Source: Verrucomicrobiota bacterium (lineage in GTDB: Bacteria; Verrucomicrobiota; Verrucomicrobiia; Limisphaerales; SIBH01). From it: a stretch of DNA of 64,000 nt. The stretch lies in NCBI GenBank assembly GCA_038205745.1, contig JBBRBM010000004.1, positions 1,529-65,528 of the forward strand. The letters run 5' to 3'. The translations under genes and the position numbers were made by a program. Below, piece after piece: positions 43,935 through 53,951 of this stretch; within the stretch, counting starts at the first letter, position 1, and every line of letters begins with the position of its first letter. Below the pieces are notes generated by a model that saw only the letters and a list, made by a program, of their open reading frames with translations, did no database searches and was not told where the DNA came from.

Positions 43935-45131
43935 TCACCGGGCGGGGGCCGGTGGACTGTTGGCAGGCGAAGGCGCCTGCCCCACTAAACGCGCAGCGAG
44001 TGTGAGCTTGCGCAACAATTCATCGCGCAGTTGCTCGAAGTAGATCGCGGAATCGTTCAAGCCAGCCGCATGTGCATATCGAATCAGCGGCTCGATCAAC
44101 CACGCTTCCGTGGGCGTGAGCTGCGCCTCCAGTTCGCCGTGGCGCATTCGCAGCCCAACCCATTGCAAGCTCGAGGGCACGTGGTCGTCGTGCTGATGAT
44201 TCGTGTCGAGCATCTCGCGATGGAGATCCTCGACGTTGTCGGTCGGGCCATAAGCTTTCACCGCACGACCGACCGCGAGCACATGCACGACGAGCTCGCG
44301 CATCGCCCGCTCATGTTCGGGCGTCACGATTTCGCGAACGCGCAGCGGCGTGAAGCGCCCAGCCTCATCGATCGCGAAAAGCTGGCCGAGCAGGTTCACA
44401 GTGAGATTCACCATCGCCTTGTCGAACTCCAGCCGCGTGGCGGAACTGTGGGGCGCGACCTCGAACCACCCGCCGTGCGCGCAAAGAATTTCCGCCGTGC
44501 GCTCGCGAAACCAAGTATCACCCCCGGCCAATCGTGTGATGCCGCTCGGGCCGGGCTGATAAATTGCATCCACGCCCACGCCATCCCGCACGCCCGTTTG
44601 AATCGTAACGCCGCGAAGCAGGCGTCCAACGATGCGCGGCATCACGTCAGGCCAAAGATCAGGCAGGCGGCCCAGCAAAGTGGATTCTTCGAGACGCTCG
44701 ACGAAGAGCTGGCGCTGCCGTTGAAAATAAATTCCGTTGGAGCAGAGGACGAGCACCGGAAGTTCGATCGCTTCAAATTCGCCCGCCGCATAGCTGCGCT
44801 CGATCAGTTGCACGTAATCGTTCAGCACACCGCCGAGTTGGTCGGGGTTCGTGCAGACGAGGAGCACGTCGGGAAGCTGCCGTTCTTCAAACGCCTTCAA
44901 CAGATCGCCGCGACAGACCGGGGTCGCATCAACCTCGTGAATTCTTCCTCCACTCTCGATCCTCAAGCGTTTGCTGATGCGCAACGCCTCGGCGCTCTTC
45001 GATCCCGTGCGCTCGATGAAGAAGACCGTCCCGTCGTTCCGCGCAAGCTGGCCTGTGAGGTGATAGAAGAAACCAACGCCGAGCGCCCCAGCGGGAACGA
45101 TCCCGATCGTGCCTTCACGCACGCGTCGCAT
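43935..45131 (-). CDS. ketopantoate reductase (PanE/ApbA)-like protein
   Basis: N-terminal Rossmann-like IGIVPAGALGVGF and C-terminal EFDKAMVNLTVNLLG. Weak family call. Confidence 0.4.
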   Translation of the reverse strand: MRRVREGTIGIVPAGALGVGFFYHLTGQLARNDGTVFFIERTGSKSAEALRISKRLRIESGGRIHEVDATPVCRGDLLKAFEERQLPDVLLVCTNPDQLGGVLNDYVQLIERSYAAGEFEAIELPVLVLCSNGIYFQRQRQLFVERLEESTLLGRLPDLWPDVMPRIVGRLLRGVTIQTGVRDGVGVDAIYQPGPSGITRLAGGDTWFRERTAEILCAHGGWFEVAPHSSATRLEFDKAMVNLTVNLLGQLFAIDEAGRFTPLRVREIVTPEHERAMRELVVHVLAVGRAVKAYGPTDNVEDLHREMLDTNHQHDDHVPSSLQWVGLRMRHGELEAQLTPTEAWLIEPLIRYAHAAGLNDSAIYFEQLRDELLRKLTLAARLVGQAPSPANSPPAPAR

Positions 45132-45132
45132 C

Positions 45133-45543
45133 TCAACCTTCCTGGAACGATTTGATGACCTCGCAGGCGCGCGCCATTGGCGACGCTTTCATGACGATGC
45201 GCATCCTTTGCTCGGCGGGGTCTTCACTGCCGTAGGCATAATCGATGTTGACTCCGCCGTTCGCGAGCGCCTCGCTCAGGACCGCGAGCCTTCCCGGCGT
45301 GTCCGACAGATCGAGGATGAGCACTTCGGCTTCAACGGGATGAAACCCCTGCTCCTGCAAAACCATTTTGCACGCAGCGGCATCGCTCGCCACGAGACGA
45401 ATGACGCCTTGCTCCACGGTGTCGAGGATGGAGAGGTCTTTGATGTTGATGCCGCGCCCGGCGAGCGCGCGGCTGATCGCCGCAAGGCGGCCGGGTTGAT
45501 TTTCAATGGCGACGGTGATCTGGCGCTGAACGCAAAAGTTCAT
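45133..45543 (-). CDS. tandem ACT domain protein
   Basis: Two ACT-like units (VAIENQPGRLAAISRALAGRGINI and LSDTPGRLAVLSEALANGGVNI). ATGA overlap with lexA. Confidence 0.65.
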   Translation of the reverse strand: MNFCVQRQITVAIENQPGRLAAISRALAGRGINIKDLSILDTVEQGVIRLVASDAAACKMVLQEQGFHPVEAEVLILDLSDTPGRLAVLSEALANGGVNIDYAYGSEDPAEQRMRIVMKASPMARACEVIKSFQEG

Positions 45544-46160
45544 GAAGGCCGTCGCACGAGTCCCACCATCACGCCTTGCACCTGCAACTCCTGTGCGGGA
45601 ACGAGGGTCGGGTAGCGCGGATTCTCGGCACGCAAGACGGCCTTGCCACGCTCCATGGCAAAAGTCTTCAACGTGCTTTCGCCATCGATCAACGCGGCAA
45701 CGACATCGTCCGGACGAGGTGAGCGCGCGCTGTCGAGAATGGCGATGTCGCCGTCGACGATGTGTTTGCCGATCATCGAATCGCCACGCACGCGCAACGC
45801 ATACAGTTGCTCCGGCGACCGCAGGCCGAGCGTGCCCAGATCGACGGAGATGCAGCCCGCGGCGGTTTGTTCCCGGTTGTCAGCGAATCCCGCGGGGATC
45901 GAGCCGTAAATGGGAATGTTCGCAATGGGATTAAGGAACTTCTGCAGCGGCGAGACGACACGGAGCGAGCGGGCACGACGCGCGTGCCGAGACAAGGCGC
46001 CCTTGCGTTCGAGCGCGCTGAGGTGGTCCGCCGCGGCTTTGGGACTTTTGAAACCAAAGTGATCGCAGATCTCGCGCAACGTGGGGCTCGTGCCCTCGCG
46101 ATGGTGCGTGTCGCGCACAAAGTCGAGGACTTCCTGCTGTCTTTTCGTCAGCGTGGTCAT
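45540..46160 (-). CDS. lexA: LexA repressor
   Basis: Start moved to MTTLTKRQQEVLDFV. Winged-helix N-domain. S24 peptidase motifs RVRGDSM and ESTLKTF. Confidence 0.9.
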   Translation of the reverse strand: MTTLTKRQQEVLDFVRDTHHREGTSPTLREICDHFGFKSPKAAADHLSALERKGALSRHARRARSLRVVSPLQKFLNPIANIPIYGSIPAGFADNREQTAAGCISVDLGTLGLRSPEQLYALRVRGDSMIGKHIVDGDIAILDSARSPRPDDVVAALIDGESTLKTFAMERGKAVLRAENPRYPTLVPAQELQVQGVMVGLVRRPS

Positions 46161-46191
46161 GGCGCTATTCAACTGCGCAGTGACAACAAAA

Positions 46192-46737
46192 TCAATGGGC
46201 GAGAACGAATTTGGCAACTTCCGCCAGCCCTTCGACCACCACCGCCCGCTGAAGCGCCTGAGGTTTCGATTGTTCCACCTTCGCGCCATAGCCGGTGCGC
46301 ACGAGGATGGATTTCTTTACCCCGGCGTTCCACCCGCACTCCAGATCGATGAGTTTGTCACCGACCATGAAACTCTCCGCGAGGTCGATGCCGAACTCAT
46401 CGCGGGCATCGAAAAGGAATTGCGGTGAAGGCTTTCGTCCGCGGCTGGGCGCATCGGGATGCTCGGGCGCGATATAAATTTTCTCGAACTGCACGCCACT
46501 GTTCCCCAACTCCGCACTGAGGTGCTCGTGAACGCGATGAACATCTTCGAGCGTGAAGTAACCGCGCCCGACGCCGGATTGATTCGTCACAATAATGAGT
46601 TTGAATCCAGCGTCCTGAAGTTGCTTCAACGCCGCAGCCGCGCCGGGGAAGATCACGACCTCCTCCGGCGTGTGCAGATAATCTTTGTCTTCGATGATCG
46701 TTCCGTCGCGATCGAGGAACACGGCTCTCTTCGTCAC
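46192..46737 (-). CDS. gmhB: D-glycero-beta-D-manno-heptose-1,7-bisphosphate 7-phosphatase (HAD family)
   Basis: FLDRDGT, VTNQSGV, GDKLID. The GTG start at 46737 gives MTKRAVFLDRDG. The alternative ATG at 46791 lies in the loop of a terminator hairpin. Confidence 0.75.
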   Translation of the reverse strand: MTKRAVFLDRDGTIIEDKDYLHTPEEVVIFPGAAAALKQLQDAGFKLIIVTNQSGVGRGYFTLEDVHRVHEHLSAELGNSGVQFEKIYIAPEHPDAPSRGRKPSPQFLFDARDEFGIDLAESFMVGDKLIDLECGWNAGVKKSILVRTGYGAKVEQSKPQALQRAVVVEGLAEVAKFVLAH

Positions 46738-46773
46738 ACCGTGAGTTTGCGGCGGGGATTCAACCACCACGAA

Positions 46774-46805
46774 CAAAAAAGGCGCTCCCATAACAGGAGC
46801 GCCTT
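46774..46805 (-). terminator. intrinsic terminator after the large secreted-protein gene
   Basis: On the minus strand: AAGGCGCTCC, loop TGTTATG, GGAGCGCCTT, then TTTTTG. Confidence 0.6.
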
Positions 46806-46820
46806 TGAGAGAAGCAATTT

Positions 46821-49796
46821 TTACTGCGTCGAGATGAAGTAGAACTGGCGCGAAGCCGACGGTGCCCCAACATTGAAAATGCCGCTCGCATTCGTGAACA
46901 ACGAGCCGTTCACAACGCGGAACCTGTTCGTGATCTCTGTTGCTTGCCACAACGTCGAGACGTGCCCGGGTGTGGCCGGGAAAGTAATCAACGCCGTGTT
47001 GGTGACGACTGAGCTGGTGACGTCCGGACCGGCCACACTCGCAGGCGCCAGCGTGAACGCACGGTTGTCGTACTGCGCATTGGGAGACGCGAGGTTCGTC
47101 GAGATCCACTGTTGCGGCACAAACGGGCTGTTTAAGCTCGGGAAACGCGAGATCGAACTGCTCGTGCCAACGTCAGCGCCTTGGTAAACGACCCGCGTGA
47201 CCAGCCTGCCAGAAGCGTTCCGAAGTGCGACGGTTTCTGAGCCGGTGTTATTGAGCGACAACGTCGTCGAACTCGCAGATTGGCTCATGCCGGAGATGCC
47301 GGGATTGAATCCGTTCAGCGGTCCGCCATAGAGAATGAACGCGTTCGACGAAGGCACCGAAAAGAAGTCACCAAATTCGTGGCGCAACTGCACCGCGTCG
47401 TAAACGGTCCATCCGACGAAGTCCAGGGCGCTGGGTGAAAGGTTCACGACTTCGATGTATTCATCGTTGATCGAGAAGGAAGAAGCGGAGTTGGTTGCCC
47501 AGTCGGCGCTGCGCTTGAGCGGATTGAAATAGACCGAGTTCGTGGCCGTTGCCGGGTTCGCGAGAATTTCGCTGATGACCACCCCCTGCTCTGCGACCGT
47601 CGGCACGTTATTCGTCCAGTATATGTCTTTGGTGGTCGTGGCGTTGGCAACGGTGAGTCCGGGTGTGTACACGTTGCCTGCCTCTGCCCCGCTCGGCTGG
47701 AACGTGAAGGTCGCGGTGACATTGGTGCCAGTCGTCGCGCCGTAGCTCCATGAGGCAGTCGCAGGCAAGCCATTGGAAAGCGGCGTGATGGTGCCGCCGT
47801 CCGGATCGGTGACGCGCACAGTCATCGTGAGTTTCTCACCAGTACGGAGCGCGTTCTCAACGAAGATATTTGTCGGAAGGTCGCCGGGGCGAATGAGATT
47901 GGAGAGAAAGTTCGTAAAGCGAACCAAGGGAGCTTTTGAACTGCTGATCACTTCAGCATAGCGGCTCGGGATCAATTGATAGCCGCTGGTGCGGGGATTC
48001 GAGTTATCGAACTGGCCAAGCACGCCGAGGATCGTCACCGCGTCAGTGGGTTTCGATTGGCCGACCAGATCGGTCTGCGCATTGATGAACAAGGTGAAGG
48101 TCTGACCCGAGCTGTTGGTGACGAGATACGTCGCACCACTCGCAAAGGTCGGCACGGTCAGGTCGATAAAAACATTTGAAGCCACGACGTAGCTTCCTTC
48201 AAGCGGCTCCATGACAACGGGGTCGTTCTGCGACGCGAACGGGATGTTGATGGGGGCGGGAATCGGATTGTTGCTGCTAATCACGGAGACGCTGTGCGAC
48301 GTGTTCGTGTAGGTCAGTGTGAGTTCCAGCAAACCATTGAACTGCGTCAACGGGCCGGTCACGCGGACTCGATCGCCTGCGTGAGGCAAGGCATTGTCCG
48401 GTGCGCCAGACCAGAACACCGCGATGCCCGCCGTGGTGTCCTGCATGTAGAACAACAAGCTGCCGGTGCCAGTGAGCGACGCGTAGGTGGTCACGATGCC
48501 TTCAACCGTAAAGAGCGAAGTCGTGTTGGTGGGCGTGTAATTCACCATTTCCTGAAGCGAGCGCACGTAGGCGATGTTCGTTGCCGGAGGTGGAATGACA
48601 GTGAGCGTCGCCAACAGACTCGTTGCCGAGCCCACGGAGTTGGTGATAATGACGTAGTAGGCACCCGCATCATTTGTCGTGATGGAATTCAAGGTGAGGG
48701 CCGAAGCGGTGCTGGCAACGCCGCCAGTGGGATTAAACCAACGGTAGAAAAGCGGGGGTGTGCCGGTCACGCCCACGTTGAAAACAATCGTGTTGCCGAC
48801 AATGCCAGTTTGGCTCTGCGGTTGGTTGGTGATGCCGGGAGCCAGTGGCGTTTCGACCACCGTCAGGACGGCGACGCGGCTGGTCACTGTGTTGACGCTG
48901 TTGCTGACGATGACCGAGTAGTTGCCGCTTTGCCCCGCCGTAACGCTGTTGAGGACCAAGGTGTTGGAATTTCCACCGACGAGCGTGCTGGCGAAGAACC
49001 AGTAGTAACTCAAAGGATCATTGCCGCCGGCGATGGTCTTGAAGGTCACCGTCACACCCGCCGCCACGTTCGTGTCATTCGGCTGCACGGTGATGAACGG
49101 CGGATTCAAACTGCCGGGAACGACATCTGCGAACGTGGTACCAACGACGAGATTATCTACCGTCAGGATTCCTTCACCCGCGGCTTGGCGAAGGGCGAAG
49201 GACGTGACTGTGATGATGCCTGGTGCGTCGTTTCCCGTGGAGCCAGTCGAAAGTTCAGAGGACGGACTTAACCAGATCGTGCTGACGCCGGTTGCCAAAA
49301 TGTGTCGGATCACGATTCGGTAAGTCGTGTTCAGAGAGAGGTCGGTCAGGATGTTTGTTGCCGTTCCTGAGTTGTTGGCGATGCCGATCCGAAAAGAACC
49401 TGCGGTCGCACCTGTGAGATTTGCGAAAATGCGGGCGCGGAACCCTGTGGAGTTATCCTTGAAATGCGCGAAATAGGCGCCGCCGGACGTCGGTAACGAA
49501 GAGAAGTTGACGTCGAATGCGGCGTATAAGGCACCCGTCGAGCTTGAACTCGCGTAAGGGCTGTTCGTCAGTGCCGCGTTCACGTCATCGGCAAGACTTG
49601 CAGAAATTTGCGCCAATCCCGACGCAACGTTGAAGCCTGGTGTTGCGGCACTGCCGCTGTGCATGACCCATTTCCCAGCCGACACGTTCGTGAGCGGGCC
49701 GTATCCGTATGTGAAGCTTTCCTGAAGGATGATCGTGGCGCCCGCGCGGGTCAGGAACAACAGCGCGGCACAGAAGAGTGCGAGTTTCAGTTTCAT
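46821..49796 (-). CDS. large secreted protein with Ig-like domains and a lamin-tail-like domain
   Basis: Start moved to MKLKLALFCAALLFLTRAGA. Two Ig-like modules (..GNDPLSYYWF..SGNYSVIVSNSVN.. and ..PPLFYRWF..AGAYYVIITNSVG..). Lamin-tail-like segment VVISEILANP..NDEYIEVVN. Confidence 0.7.
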   Translation of the reverse strand: MKLKLALFCAALLFLTRAGATIILQESFTYGYGPLTNVSAGKWVMHSGSAATPGFNVASGLAQISASLADDVNAALTNSPYASSSSTGALYAAFDVNFSSLPTSGGAYFAHFKDNSTGFRARIFANLTGATAGSFRIGIANNSGTATNILTDLSLNTTYRIVIRHILATGVSTIWLSPSSELSTGSTGNDAPGIITVTSFALRQAAGEGILTVDNLVVGTTFADVVPGSLNPPFITVQPNDTNVAAGVTVTFKTIAGGNDPLSYYWFFASTLVGGNSNTLVLNSVTAGQSGNYSVIVSNSVNTVTSRVAVLTVVETPLAPGITNQPQSQTGIVGNTIVFNVGVTGTPPLFYRWFNPTGGVASTASALTLNSITTNDAGAYYVIITNSVGSATSLLATLTVIPPPATNIAYVRSLQEMVNYTPTNTTSLFTVEGIVTTYASLTGTGSLLFYMQDTTAGIAVFWSGAPDNALPHAGDRVRVTGPLTQFNGLLELTLTYTNTSHSVSVISSNNPIPAPINIPFASQNDPVVMEPLEGSYVVASNVFIDLTVPTFASGATYLVTNSSGQTFTLFINAQTDLVGQSKPTDAVTILGVLGQFDNSNPRTSGYQLIPSRYAEVISSSKAPLVRFTNFLSNLIRPGDLPTNIFVENALRTGEKLTMTVRVTDPDGGTITPLSNGLPATASWSYGATTGTNVTATFTFQPSGAEAGNVYTPGLTVANATTTKDIYWTNNVPTVAEQGVVISEILANPATATNSVYFNPLKRSADWATNSASSFSINDEYIEVVNLSPSALDFVGWTVYDAVQLRHEFGDFFSVPSSNAFILYGGPLNGFNPGISGMSQSASSTTLSLNNTGSETVALRNASGRLVTRVVYQGADVGTSSSISRFPSLNSPFVPQQWISTNLASPNAQYDNRAFTLAPASVAGPDVTSSVVTNTALITFPATPGHVSTLWQATEITNRFRVVNGSLFTNASGIFNVGAPSASRQFYFISTQ

Positions 49797-49840
49797 GATT
49801 CGTGAGTTTTTACGGTTAAGTGGGAAGCGGGAAGGTAACT

Positions 49841-50704
49841 TTAAAGATCGCGATTTGGGTTCCACCAAATGTCGCCGTTCAGCTTTTCGTCACGGATACA
49901 AGTGGGGTTCTTATTGAATACGTAGTCCCGATCAAATGCTGCAGAATGACCATCGAGAAAGACAAGGATTCCCCGGCCACTGTGACGTTTGGGAAAGTAC
50001 GCCCAACGAACGGCGGGCTGAATTCCGTTTTGATTTGGCGACGCTACGTAGTTTTCCAAACTCGGACTGAATGTCGTCTCCGTCAGAAGCACCGTTTCGG
50101 ATGGCCTCCGCATTGAGCCCAGCCGGGGCATGTTGGGATAAACCGCACTGTTACCGACCACGCCGTTGCAAACGCTACTGTTGAGCTTGAGATCGAGATT
50201 CAACGCGTAGCTAAAAAATCCAAACTTGCCATTCGCCAGGAACGTATCGCCGGAGGCTGCCTTTGCCGTGGGGCAATGCCACATATTCCCTATACCATTG
50301 CCCGGGAACGGCATCGAAAGACGGTAAGGCGGTGTCGCACCGTTAAAACTATTCGACAGCGGCCGGTCGGCGACATTCGGTGGAAGCTGATTGAACCATG
50401 CGTTGGCATCGTTCGGACTTCCGGGACCAGTTGTTGCACCGCTGAAGGCGGCGAACGAACCACTTGCATCCGTTCCATCGCGCGGAAGTGCGTCTTCGTT
50501 GTCAGTCGCGTGAAGATGCAGAGCAATCCCCCATTGACGCATGTTACTCAAACACTTCGTCTGTTGCGCTTTGGCCTTTGCCTTGGAGAGCGCTGGCAAC
50601 AGCAGCGACGCGAGGATGGCGATGATCGCGATGACGACGAGCAATTCGATCAGCGTGAATGCTGAACGCGAGCTTCGAGGGGCTTTGAAGAATTTGGGTT
50701 TCAT
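49841..50704 (-). CDS. DUF1559-type pseudopilin-like protein
   Basis: Start moved to [41 protein letters not shown]9-DG motif ([13 protein letters not shown]). Confidence 0.85.
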   Translation of the reverse strand: MKPKFFKAPRSSRSAFTLIELLVVIAIIAILASLLLPALSKAKAKAQQTKCLSNMRQWGIALHLHATDNEDALPRDGTDASGSFAAFSGATTGPGSPNDANAWFNQLPPNVADRPLSNSFNGATPPYRLSMPFPGNGIGNMWHCPTAKAASGDTFLANGKFGFFSYALNLDLKLNSSVCNGVVGNSAVYPNMPRLGSMRRPSETVLLTETTFSPSLENYVASPNQNGIQPAVRWAYFPKRHSGRGILVFLDGHSAAFDRDYVFNKNPTCIRDEKLNGDIWWNPNRDL

Positions 50705-50900
50705 CTTCTGCGGGGACGCCACCGCACGGGCCTGCACGTAAACAAATTTCCAGTCCGAGGGCAAGGCGGGGTTCGGAAACATATTCGCAACGGATGTGTG
50801 AATAACTGCGAGCGGCATGTCCATCCAGATTTAGTACGTCTAGGTATTATCTGGTTGCGGGCCGCCTGACGCTGCCGGATAGTGCGGGCGCTTGGTAAGG

Positions 50901-52025
50901 ATGAGGAAACAACTGCTTGGAAGGTTTTCAGCCGCGCTCTGCTCAGCTGCGGCGTTGCTTTGCTTTGCCGCGTCCGCAGCGGATTGGCCGATGTTCCGCG
51001 GGTCGCCGTCTCTGGTCGGTGTCTCGGAGGAGAAACTTCCGGACAAGCTGGCGCTGCTTTGGTCGTTCAAAACGGGCGGGCCGGTCAAATCCTCACCCGC
51101 GATCGTGGGGGGAACGGTTTTCATCGGTTCGCACGACAGCAATCTCGTCGCGCTCTCGCTCGCGGGCGGAAAGCCGCTTTGGACTTTTCGCACGGGTGAC
51201 CAGATCGAATCGTCGCCGCTCGTGGTCGACGGGAAAGTCTTCTGCGGCGCGAACGACGGCACGCTTCACGCCGTGGATGCTAAGAGTGGAAAGTCGCTTT
51301 GGAAATACCCGACGGGCGACAAAATTCTTGGCGGCCCGAATTTTTTCCGTGACGGCAACAAGCTCTCGATCATCGTCGGCAGCTACGATCACCAACTGCA
51401 TTGCGTCGATGCGGCGACGGGCAAGAGCAACTGGGTTTACGAGACGGGCAATTACATCAACGGCTCGCCCGCGATCCTGAATGGCCAGACGGTGTTCGGC
51501 GGCTGTGACGCGATCCTGCACGTCATCTCGCTGAAGGACGGCACAAAGACCAAGGAGATCGATGGCGGCGCTTACATCGCGGGCTCCGTCGCGCTTTTCG
51601 ATAACAAGGCTTACTACGGTCATTACGAGAACGAGTTCCGCTGCGTGGATCTGGCGAAGGAAACGAATCTGTGGACGTTCAAGGATCGCTCGTTCCCGTA
51701 CTTTTCCTCGCCGGCGGTCACAAGTGATCGCGTCGTGTTCGGCGGGCGCGACAAGAAACTGCACTGCGTGAAGCGGGCCGATGGCGCGGAGCTTTGGTTC
51801 TTTCCCACGCGAGGAAAGGTGGACAGCTCTCCTGCGATCGCGGGCGACAAAGTTGTGTTCGGCTCGAATGACGGACGTGTTTACGTCGTGCGCCTGAGCG
51901 ACGGCAAGGAAGTGTGGAGCTACGAGATCGGCCAATCGGTCGAGAGTTCGCCCGCCGTTGCCGATGGAAGATTTGTCGTCGGGGCTGACGACGGGACGAT
52001 TTATTGCTTCGGAGCGAAGAAATGA
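50901..52025 (+). CDS. PQQ-like (BamB-like) beta-propeller repeat protein, secreted
   Basis: Signal peptide. Repeated ..A(V/L)D..(S/T)GK..W.. blades and DWPMFRG. The ATG at 50901 is preferred over the TTG at 50892. Confidence 0.75.
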   Translation: MRKQLLGRFSAALCSAAALLCFAASAADWPMFRGSPSLVGVSEEKLPDKLALLWSFKTGGPVKSSPAIVGGTVFIGSHDSNLVALSLAGGKPLWTFRTGDQIESSPLVVDGKVFCGANDGTLHAVDAKSGKSLWKYPTGDKILGGPNFFRDGNKLSIIVGSYDHQLHCVDAATGKSNWVYETGNYINGSPAILNGQTVFGGCDAILHVISLKDGTKTKEIDGGAYIAGSVALFDNKAYYGHYENEFRCVDLAKETNLWTFKDRSFPYFSSPAVTSDRVVFGGRDKKLHCVKRADGAELWFFPTRGKVDSSPAIAGDKVVFGSNDGRVYVVRLSDGKEVWSYEIGQSVESSPAVADGRFVVGADDGTIYCFGAKK

Positions 52026-52026
52026 G

Positions 52027-53376
52027 ATGAGCACAACCAGCGACATTCCGTTGCAGCGCACACCAGCGCCGCCGATTCAAAAGCAGACGACGGTCGGCAA
52101 CTACTTCGTCTCGAATTATCCGCCGTTCTCGTTCTGGAAGACGGAGGCGATTCCTGAGCTGGTGGACGCGCTGAATCGGCCGCCCAAGCCGGGCACACCG
52201 CTCGGCCTTTACGTTCACATCCCATTCTGCCGCAAGCGCTGTCACTTTTGTTACTTCCGCGTTTACACGGACAAGGACGCGTCGGCGATTCGCGCTTACA
52301 TCGACGCGGTCGTCAACGAGTTCACGCTGTATGCGACGAAGCCATTCATCGGTGGCCGCAAACCGAACTTCATCTACTTCGGCGGCGGCACGCCGAGCTA
52401 CTTGTCTGTCGATCAATTGAAACATCTCACCGGCGAAATGAAGCGGTTGCTGCCGTGGGACGAGATCGAGGAAGTCACGTTCGAAGCAGAGCCGGGCACG
52501 CTCACGGATCACAAGCTTGCGGCGATTCGCGAGCTCGGAGTCACGCGCCTGAGTCTTGGTGTGGAAAATTTTGACGACCACATTCTCGAGATCAACGGCC
52601 GCGCGCATCACTCGAAGGAGATCGCGCGCGCCTACGCTTATTCGCGCGAGATCGGCTTCCCTCAAATCAACATCGATCTCATCGCCGGCATGGTCGAAGA
52701 GACGGAGGCGAACTGGCGCGAGAACATCCGCCGCACCATCGACATGTCGCCGGACAGCGTGACGATTTACGAGATGGAGATTCCCTACAACACCACCATC
52801 TACAAACAGATGAAGGAGGAGGGTAAGCTCGCCGCGCCCGTGGCCGATTGGGACGTGAAGCGTCGCTGGGTGGACTACGCGTGGAACGAGCTGAGCAAAG
52901 CGGGCTACACGATTTCGAGTGCCTACACCGCAGTGAAGAATCCGGAGAAAACGAAGTTTATTTACCGCGACCGGCTGTGGGCCGGCGCGGATTTGCTCGG
53001 CATGGGCGTCGCGAGCTTTGGCCACATCGGCGGCGTGCATTATCAGAATCAGCACGACTTCGATCCTTACGTGGCGTCACTCCAACGCGGTGAGTTGCCA
53101 ATCCATCGCGCGCTGACGCCGTCGCTTGATGAGCGCTATATCCGCGAATTCATTCTCCAACTGAAGCTCGGAAAAGTGAGTCGCGATTACTTCACGAAAA
53201 AGTTCGGCACCGATCCATTGCAAACATTTGCCGCGCCGGTTCAGACATTGAAGGACTGGGGTTTCCTCTCCGTGGATGGTGATGCGATTCTCCTGAACCG
53301 CGAGGCGATGCTACAGGTCGATCGTCTGCTGCACGAGTTCTTCCTGCCGCAGCACAAGAACACGCGATACGCATGA
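52027..53376 (+). CDS. HemN-like radical SAM protein (coproporphyrinogen III oxidase family)
   Basis: CxxxCxxC cluster motif HIPFCRKRCHFCYF, and FGGGTPS. The start lies 1 nt after the upstream stop. Confidence 0.8.
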   Translation: MSTTSDIPLQRTPAPPIQKQTTVGNYFVSNYPPFSFWKTEAIPELVDALNRPPKPGTPLGLYVHIPFCRKRCHFCYFRVYTDKDASAIRAYIDAVVNEFTLYATKPFIGGRKPNFIYFGGGTPSYLSVDQLKHLTGEMKRLLPWDEIEEVTFEAEPGTLTDHKLAAIRELGVTRLSLGVENFDDHILEINGRAHHSKEIARAYAYSREIGFPQINIDLIAGMVEETEANWRENIRRTIDMSPDSVTIYEMEIPYNTTIYKQMKEEGKLAAPVADWDVKRRWVDYAWNELSKAGYTISSAYTAVKNPEKTKFIYRDRLWAGADLLGMGVASFGHIGGVHYQNQHDFDPYVASLQRGELPIHRALTPSLDERYIREFILQLKLGKVSRDYFTKKFGTDPLQTFAAPVQTLKDWGFLSVDGDAILLNREAMLQVDRLLHEFFLPQHKNTRYA

Positions 53377-53951
53377 GCACGCCGCCGAATCCAGACTCGG
53401 TGCTTCAGCCCGCGCGCGTGTTGCCATTCGCGTATCCGCTGGATGAATTTTACGCGCTGGCGAATCGCGAACTGCCGACGATCGAGCAAGTGCGTGGCGA
53501 TGAATTACCAGAGCCATGGCGCCAGTTGCTCGTTCATAACAACGACATGACGCCGACGCTGGAGGGCTTTTACGAGGACGATCTCTCCCTGAAAGTCCTC
53601 TCGCGCCATCATCGCGGCGATTTTTACTTCCGCGAAGTCGCGCTGTTGACGGGCAGGCAAAACAAGGTGGTCGAATTCGGCGCCATCAAAATCAATCTCG
53701 GCTTGTTTCCGTGCTCCGCGCGCCCCCGCATTTTGGAGGAGCATCAGCCGCTCGGCGGCATTCTTCGCGAATACAAAATTCCGCACAGCAGCCGGCCGAA
53801 GGCATTTCTGCGCCTGCGCTCCGATGCGTTCATCAACGGCGCGCTGGAGCTTCGCGGCCAGCATGTGCTCTATGGCCGCCGCAACACATTATTCGATCCG
53901 AAGCAGCGGTCGCTCGCTGAGATTGTCGAAATTCTTCCCGATCACCAATGA
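53373..53951 (+). CDS. chorismate-lyase-fold (UbiC/DUF98-like) protein
   Basis: LLVHNNDMTPTLEGFY...REVALL...PLGGIL follows the UbiC/DUF98 pattern. ATGA overlaps on both sides. Confidence 0.5.
   Translation: MSTPPNPDSVLQPARVLPFAYPLDEFYALANRELPTIEQVRGDELPEPWRQLLVHNNDMTPTLEGFYEDDLSLKVLSRHHRGDFYFREVALLTGRQNKVVEFGAIKINLGLFPCSARPRILEEHQPLGGILREYKIPHSSRPKAFLRLRSDAFINGALELRGQHVLYGRRNTLFDPKQRSLAEIVEILPDHQ

Noticed and set aside
46161-46191. LexA box upstream of lexA.
   Set aside because: No CGAAC...GTTCG or TGTTC-N4-GAACA palindrome is visible by eye in the 31-nt gap. Recorded as a negative observation only; a matrix scan was not possible.
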